Assembly: GCA_963701665.1 (NCBI GenBank)
Contig: OY969622.1
Location: 1 to 64,000, forward strand
DNA from: Candidatus Babeliales bacterium
Lineage (GTDB): Bacteria > Babelota > Babeliae > Babelales > JANWKD01
Length of the DNA stretch: 64,000 nucleotides
Reading direction: 5' to 3'
Each line of letters starts with the position of its first letter. Within the stretch, counting starts at the first letter, position 1. A model generated the notes under the pieces. It was not told the DNA's origin. It saw nothing but the letters and a program-made list of their open reading frames with translations, and did no database searches. The position numbers were made by a program, and so were the translations under genes. This document shows, piece by piece, positions 58,773-64,000 of this stretch.

Positions 58773-60272
58773 TTATTGGTATGAATAACCGATACCAAAT
58801 TTTTTAACGTTTCCTCTACGTTTTGCCTCTTCTACTTTAATTGATTCAATTGTTTGTAATATTTCTAAATATTTTTTATTTTCCGGATTTTCTGATAATA
58901 ACTCTTTAAAAAAGTTAATAATCGCTTGAAAATCTCTTCTTGTTGATTCTTCATTGGCCTTTTTGGCATCTTCATCAAGGCAGGTTTGACAGATCTCAGG
59001 ATTTTGGGCGAAGGCTGCAAATGCTTTTAATTTGTTTATAATATTTTGAATTGCAAATGTTCTTCTTGTGCGATTGTTGCTATATCTTTCCTGATTATTT
59101 TTAAAGTTTGTGGCTGTTTGAGCCATTTCAGCTAATTCTTCATAAAATGACTTGTACGGTCTGCATTCTTGCCTTTTTAACTTAGGATCATAAATGCAAT
59201 ACGCTCTGAGTTTATTTTCTTCGGCGGACTCTAGATATTCGTCAATATCAATTCCCTCATCAAGTAATGCCTGTTTTTGTTCTCGGGATAATCCCTTAAG
59301 AAGTTGAAGCAATCGTAGCCATTGCTCATTAATATTATTATAAAAAAATCTTGCATCAAGATCATCTGATAAATTTGCTTTGATTTCGGCATCTTGTACT
59401 TCGCCTGAAATTTCAATGGGATATGCTAATCCTTCATCGATGTCGTCACGAATACCCTTGGTGAGTTTGTAACCGGGTTTTATTTTCTTGAATTCTTTTT
59501 CTAAAAAAGCAATTCGATTTTCATAGAGATTCGTCATGAGCTGATATAATGCAAGATTTGCTTCTGACGCGTTAAGATAAGATTTACGCAACGTAGTGAT
59601 TGCTGATTGTATGAGTAACGGATCGATATTCAATATTGGTTTAATAGCTTCCCAAAGTTGTGGTCGTCTTTTTCTTAAATCAACTAATTGGGTTTTTTCA
59701 ACTAGGTTGTTAATGGCATCTAATGTTGCTTTGGCTTCTAATTTTTTGCGTGCCGTTTCTTCTGGTCCTGCGCTTGGTAAACTTGCAAGTTGCTGAATAG
59801 AGTTTTTTAAGTTTACCCAATTTACCGTTTTGGCGGGGATTTCTTGCTCAAGTGGGGATCGAGGAAATATTGCAGATTGAGGGCGAGGTTTTCTTATAGG
59901 TTTTATTGGTTCTTGTTCTTTCTCTTTTTTTTCTTGTTCAAGTTTCAAACTTTTTCTTCTCTCAGCAATTGACATACCGCCTACGGCCGTCTTAATTAAA
60001 GGCTGTATCAGTGGTTTTTCAATTGGTGGACGTTGTATTATAGTTGATTTTGTTCTTCTCAATGGCGGTCTTTTGGGTACCGGCAATGGCAAATTTGGAA
60101 ACTCTTCATATTCTTCTCTTGCTGGAACTGCAGGTTTTTCTAATTCATTTTGAAGATTGTTCAACGCAATGATTAATAGCTGTAAAGAATTGTTCACTGT
60201 TCCTTGAGCACAACTTGTATACAAGCCTAAAATCATAAAAACTAACATAGAATGAGCAGAATGTTTTTTCAT
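58773..60272 (-). CDS. Secreted hypothetical protein (Pro/Arg-rich N-terminal part, helical C-terminal part)
   Basis: Signal peptide; AGGAG RBS; no recognised domain. Confidence 0.7.
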   Translation of the reverse strand: MKKHSAHSMLVFMILGLYTSCAQGTVNNSLQLLIIALNNLQNELEKPAVPAREEYEEFPNLPLPVPKRPPLRRTKSTIIQRPPIEKPLIQPLIKTAVGGMSIAERRKSLKLEQEKKEKEQEPIKPIRKPRPQSAIFPRSPLEQEIPAKTVNWVNLKNSIQQLASLPSAGPEETARKKLEAKATLDAINNLVEKTQLVDLRKRRPQLWEAIKPILNIDPLLIQSAITTLRKSYLNASEANLALYQLMTNLYENRIAFLEKEFKKIKPGYKLTKGIRDDIDEGLAYPIEISGEVQDAEIKANLSDDLDARFFYNNINEQWLRLLQLLKGLSREQKQALLDEGIDIDEYLESAEENKLRAYCIYDPKLKRQECRPYKSFYEELAEMAQTATNFKNNQERYSNNRTRRTFAIQNIINKLKAFAAFAQNPEICQTCLDEDAKKANEESTRRDFQAIINFFKELLSENPENKKYLEILQTIESIKVEEAKRRGNVKKFGIGYSYQ

Positions 60273-60357
60273 AATGTTTCTCCTTTTTCATCTTTAATGA
60301 TAGATAATCTCTATTAGTGCGCGCAATATTTTTGATGAGTAATGAAAAAGATGAACG

Positions 60358-61734
60358 TTATTTACCGATGCAAAATTCTTTAAAAATTGCATCCATGCTG
60401 TGTTCAGAAATGGTCTTGCCAGAAAGCTCAGTTAAATTTTCTAAAGCAATTTTTAAATGATAAGCAACAATTTCATATTCAATTGTCTCTTGCATTACCA
60501 ATGCAAGAATAGCTGCTAATTTTTTTTCTAAGGAAAGAAGAAGTGTAGCTTGGCGAGTGTTTAACAAAAAAGGAGAAGCTAGATGAGAAAAAAGCGCACG
60601 AATTTTCTTGTCGAGCGTTTCTTCGAGCGCGTGAATTGAAGCTGTGTCGAGTGCAGAAGTTTTGAGCGAGTGCACGGGTAAAGAAAACGAGTGCGATACT
60701 TCTTTATCTGCTTTATTGGCAATGCAGATAATTTTATCGCCATGCAGGTACAATAATTCTTGATAAATTGTTTTTTCCTGTGCCGTCATTACGCGCGAGC
60801 TATCAAACACTAAAAGTATGATATCTGCTTGATGTGCTTCAGTAAAAGAACGTTGAATTCCTTCTTGTTCAATGTGATCATGAGTCTCACGCAACCCTGC
60901 TGTATCAATGAACGTAACATAATAACCTTCTTTATACATGCCTGCTTCCAGCGTATCGCGCGTTGTACCGGCCTGTGGTGAAACAATTGCTCTATTTCTT
61001 TTTACTAATGCATTAAAAAGTGAAGATTTGCCGGCATTAACGGATCCTAACAAGGCAACACGAATACCTTGGCGAATATGTTGTTGCTGATTAAACGTTT
61101 GTTTGATGGTGCTCAGGGATGTTAAAACCGTTTCAATACTTTCTTTGATGCGATGACCAAATTCCATTTCTTCATCGATAAATTCAAAGCTTGCATCAGC
61201 GAGTGCAAGATTTTTAATAAGTTCTTTTTCTAGGGTGGTAATCCAAGCAGAAAAAGTACCCTCGACTTGTGCTAATGCTTGCTTGAGTGCATTTTGTGTT
61301 GATGCGTGAATAAGTTCATTGATCGCTTCAGCTTGTACTAAATCAATTTTACCATGCAAAAACGCGCGTTTTGAAAATTCACCCTGTTGGGCTAGACGCG
61401 CGCCATGTTCAACGGCTTGAGCAATAATTGCTTCAATTAAAAATTGGTTATTATGACACGTGACTTCAACAACATGTTGCCCGGTGAATGTTTTTGGTGC
61501 GTGCATGACAATGAAAAGAACTTGATCAATCGGTGCAGATGTTTTTTGATTGATTACCGATCCATAATGTACCGTGTGGGATGGAACCGCGTGCAAGGGA
61601 ATTCCTGAAGCGAGTGCGCTCATCTTACTTACAATAACGAGTGCATCATCACCAGATATGCGCAACAAAGCGAGTGCACCAGATCCTTGCGGCGTGCATT
61701 GAGCGATAATAGTTTCTTGATCTAGACTTTTCAT
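60358..61734 (-). CDS. mnmE: tRNA modification GTPase MnmE
   Basis: TIIAQCTP.G.G, GEFSKRAFL.GKIDL.QAEA, G..NAGKSSL, GTTRD, DTAGLR, FCIGK. Confidence 0.96.
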   Translation of the reverse strand: MKSLDQETIIAQCTPQGSGALALLRISGDDALVIVSKMSALASGIPLHAVPSHTVHYGSVINQKTSAPIDQVLFIVMHAPKTFTGQHVVEVTCHNNQFLIEAIIAQAVEHGARLAQQGEFSKRAFLHGKIDLVQAEAINELIHASTQNALKQALAQVEGTFSAWITTLEKELIKNLALADASFEFIDEEMEFGHRIKESIETVLTSLSTIKQTFNQQQHIRQGIRVALLGSVNAGKSSLFNALVKRNRAIVSPQAGTTRDTLEAGMYKEGYYVTFIDTAGLRETHDHIEQEGIQRSFTEAHQADIILLVFDSSRVMTAQEKTIYQELLYLHGDKIICIANKADKEVSHSFSLPVHSLKTSALDTASIHALEETLDKKIRALFSHLASPFLLNTRQATLLLSLEKKLAAILALVMQETIEYEIVAYHLKIALENLTELSGKTISEHSMDAIFKEFCIGK

Positions 61735-62387
61735 GGATTCTTGACGATGAGCATTACTTTAAACCCGCGCAAAGGACGCTTGAGCGAGTGGCGCAATGTT
61801 TGCATAAGCAGCAAGGCAAAGCTGCGCATTAATTGTTGATCTCTTTCAGGTGTTTGATTTATTACTCCGTCGAACTTTACATTCAATTGATAGGAGGACG
61901 CCTGCGTTGTGAAGGTTACATTCGGACGATTGAGACGTTCAAACATACCTTTAAGCCATACGTTGACCATATCAATCATTTCTTGCGTCCACACTTCTTT
62001 CTGGGATTGTGGCTGAGGTTGGTGTGTGCGTTGCTCAACGGGTCTTTCTCTTTTTTGCTGTGGCGGTTGTTGCGTGATAGTTTTTTGTTGATACCTGGTT
62101 TTTTCAGCTGTTTGTGCGGGTTCACTATATTGTTTTACTTGTGCTGAACTTATATTTTTGGCACTAACTTGCTCTCGTTTTTTAAATTCTTCTTTTTCGA
62201 CTTTTTTAAGCGGGCTTTTTTCATCAAAGAAAATACCAACTTTGGCCGATTGCACCGTCATGCCAATAAAATTTTTTTTTGGCTCTTCAAAAACTTTTAT
62301 AGAAAATTCTTTTGGTTTTCCTGCATTTTCCCAAGCCTTTTCGATTGCTTTTATCAGTGAAGAAGCTTCTTGCATGAGTGATTTCAT
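61731..62387 (-). CDS. Jag/KhpB-like protein (Jag_N plus a degenerate KH-like domain, no R3H)
   Basis: EA.S...AIEKA...IKV.EEPKK.FIG....AKV N-domain; overlaps the mnmE start, as in the conserved jag-mnmE order. Confidence 0.75.
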   Translation of the reverse strand: MKSLMQEASSLIKAIEKAWENAGKPKEFSIKVFEEPKKNFIGMTVQSAKVGIFFDEKSPLKKVEKEEFKKREQVSAKNISSAQVKQYSEPAQTAEKTRYQQKTITQQPPQQKRERPVEQRTHQPQPQSQKEVWTQEMIDMVNVWLKGMFERLNRPNVTFTTQASSYQLNVKFDGVINQTPERDQQLMRSFALLLMQTLRHSLKRPLRGFKVMLIVKNP

Positions 62388-62557
62388 TGTAATAGAACCC
62401 TTATATTGAATTTTTATATGGAAAACAACCTATTTTTAGCCTATTCTTTCACGATTTTTTGTACAAGAAAAATGACAAGAATGTTTTCAAAAGATAGGAA
62501 CAGTTAATGGGCATTTTTAATTATAATGTGTAGGGACAGGAAAAAGTTAAACAGTTA

Positions 62558-62632
62558 TGGAGCGGGAAACGGGGGTCGAACCCGCGACCTTTGCCTTGGC
62601 AAGGCAACGCTCTACCACTGAGCTATTCCCGC
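62558..62632 (-). tRNA. tRNA-Gly(GCC)
   Basis: GCGGGAATAGCTCAGTGGTAGAGCGTTGCCTTGCCAAGGCAAAGGTCGCGGGTTCGACCCCCGTTTCCCGCTCCA. Confidence 0.97.
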
Positions 62633-62710
62633 GCTAAAAACATTTAAATCCTAACAAAAATAGGACTATTGTCAATCGGGCCTAGCCCAGCCTTTTCCCC
62701 TGCAAATGGG

Positions 62711-63046
62711 TTATAGATCGATACTGAGTACAAAAAAAGGTGGTTCGCATTTCTCATCTGCCTCTTGGCACGGGTTATAATCAATATTTTTATAGGTGCC
62801 AATCATTTTACCGGTACATACTTCTAGGCAATTTTTGGCTTTAACGCCGACAAATTCTATCTCTTCAGGCCCATTATGTGCACAGGTGACTTTTGTGCAT
62901 AGTACCGCTTTAGTCTCAGGATTATACACACCGACATACCCTGTATGTAGTTGCTCAAATGAAGAATCACGTAAATTGATATTTTTCTCGCTTCCTTTGA
63001 GAGTTAAAAAAATCAGGCTTACAATGATTACATATTTCCTAGGCAT
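62711..63046 (-). CDS. Small secreted Cys-containing hypothetical protein
   Basis: AAGGAG RBS, hydrophobic N-terminus, 6 Cys. Confidence 0.55.
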   Translation of the reverse strand: MPRKYVIIVSLIFLTLKGSEKNINLRDSSFEQLHTGYVGVYNPETKAVLCTKVTCAHNGPEEIEFVGVKAKNCLEVCTGKMIGTYKNIDYNPCQEADEKCEPPFFVLSIDL

Positions 63047-63117
63047 AATTTCTCCTTTCTATGAGAATTCATATGAAAATTACAAACTCAAAACCGGAAA
63101 AATAATAATCAGCAGAT

Positions 63118-63228
63118 GTCATCCTGAGGAGCGCAGCGACGTAGGGATCCAGGACTTTTAATAAAATCCTTAAAGGAATTAATTTTCTAGACTGGATTCC
63201 TACGACAACTTCGTTGTCTCAGAATGAC
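63118..63228. repeat. RPE/REPIN-like palindromic element
   Basis: GTCATCCTGAG...ATCCTTAAAGGAA...CTCAGAATGAC. Confidence 0.9.
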
Positions 63229-63391
63229 ATCAGCTTGCATATATTTTCTTTGCTAAAGGAACCTTTAATATACTTAAAAATGATTCCCCCATAATTTATG
63301 TTACAATTTGAAATATTAAGAAATCAATGTTTGTTGCTAAAGCTTTTTTTTAGGGGTACGCTCAAAAATAAAAAAATGAAAAGTATATAGT

Positions 63392-63991
63392 ATGATTACT
63401 ACATTACAAGGATGTATAAAAGAAATAAAAGACCAGAGCCTTACGGTGGAAATCAATGGCATTGGTTTTGCTGTTTTAATGCCTCGTACTGAACAGTTCA
63501 AAAAAGAAGCGCACGTTTTTTTAAGAACTTATTTGCACTGGAATCAGGAAAATGGCCCAACCTTATTCGGTTTTGAAACGGAAGTTGAGCGTTCATTATT
63601 TCTATTAATTACTTCATGTTCCGGTATCGGCCCTAAAATTGCTTTAATGGTGCTGAAACATTTGCAACCGGCAGTTCTTATAAAGGCGGTACAAACTAGC
63701 GATGAAAAAATTTTGAGTTCAGTGCCAGGTATCGGTTCAAAAAAAGCTGAACAAATGATTGTGCAACTCCGTCATAAAGTTGAAAAACTTCTTGAATCAG
63801 GCATAGTAGTTAATGATGATGTATCGCTAGCGCATTGGACTACGTTGAATGATGTGTTAACATCATTGCACTATTCTCGTCAGGAAATTGCTGCTGCGTT
63901 ATCACATGTTAAAGATTCAGACACCTATCAGAATGCAACGTTTGACCACCTTCTGCGTCAGGCGCTTTCGTTTTTATCAAAGCGTGTTTAA
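63392..63991 (+). CDS. ruvA: Holliday junction branch migration protein RuvA
   Basis: MI..LQG, LFGF...ER.LF..L...SGIGPK.AL, VPGIG.KKAE.....L..K. Confidence 0.96.
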   Translation: MITTLQGCIKEIKDQSLTVEINGIGFAVLMPRTEQFKKEAHVFLRTYLHWNQENGPTLFGFETEVERSLFLLITSCSGIGPKIALMVLKHLQPAVLIKAVQTSDEKILSSVPGIGSKKAEQMIVQLRHKVEKLLESGIVVNDDVSLAHWTTLNDVLTSLHYSRQEIAAALSHVKDSDTYQNATFDHLLRQALSFLSKRV

Positions 63992-64000
63992 TTACTCATC

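Overview
AT-rich bacterial chromosome segment that most resembles a Candidatus Dependentiae (TM6/Babelota)-type intracellular parasite of protists. This placement is inferred from the many signal-peptide ankyrin proteins with an 'AM(E/Q)' cleavage motif, the Cys-rich orphan beta-barrels and the sparse metabolism. Housekeeping genes are eno, aspS, nfo, infB, nusA, udg, gatB, rne/rng, mnmE, jag-like, ruvA, tmRNA and tRNA-Gly. A probable oriC with 9 perfect DnaA boxes lies between nusA and udg, with no dnaA in the window. Accessory content: a Fic + HigBA-like module; a partial type II secretion locus with two secretins carrying Cys-rich tails; two ankyrin effector clusters (NLS/BC-box-like and F-box-like); an intact IS982; and a frameshifted IS200. 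Standout observations: (1) an ArgR-controlled polar amino-acid ABC importer operon followed by a glutamine synthetase with an apparent Sec signal peptide; (2) nine RPE/REPIN-like palindromic elements, one in frame in a secretin gene, and nested 0.75-0.85 kb composite hairpins with internal micro-inversions; (3) an F-box/ankyrin islet bracketed by a duplicated gatB 3' end; (4) a 36-codon tmRNA tag. All calls are by eye; no database search was run.
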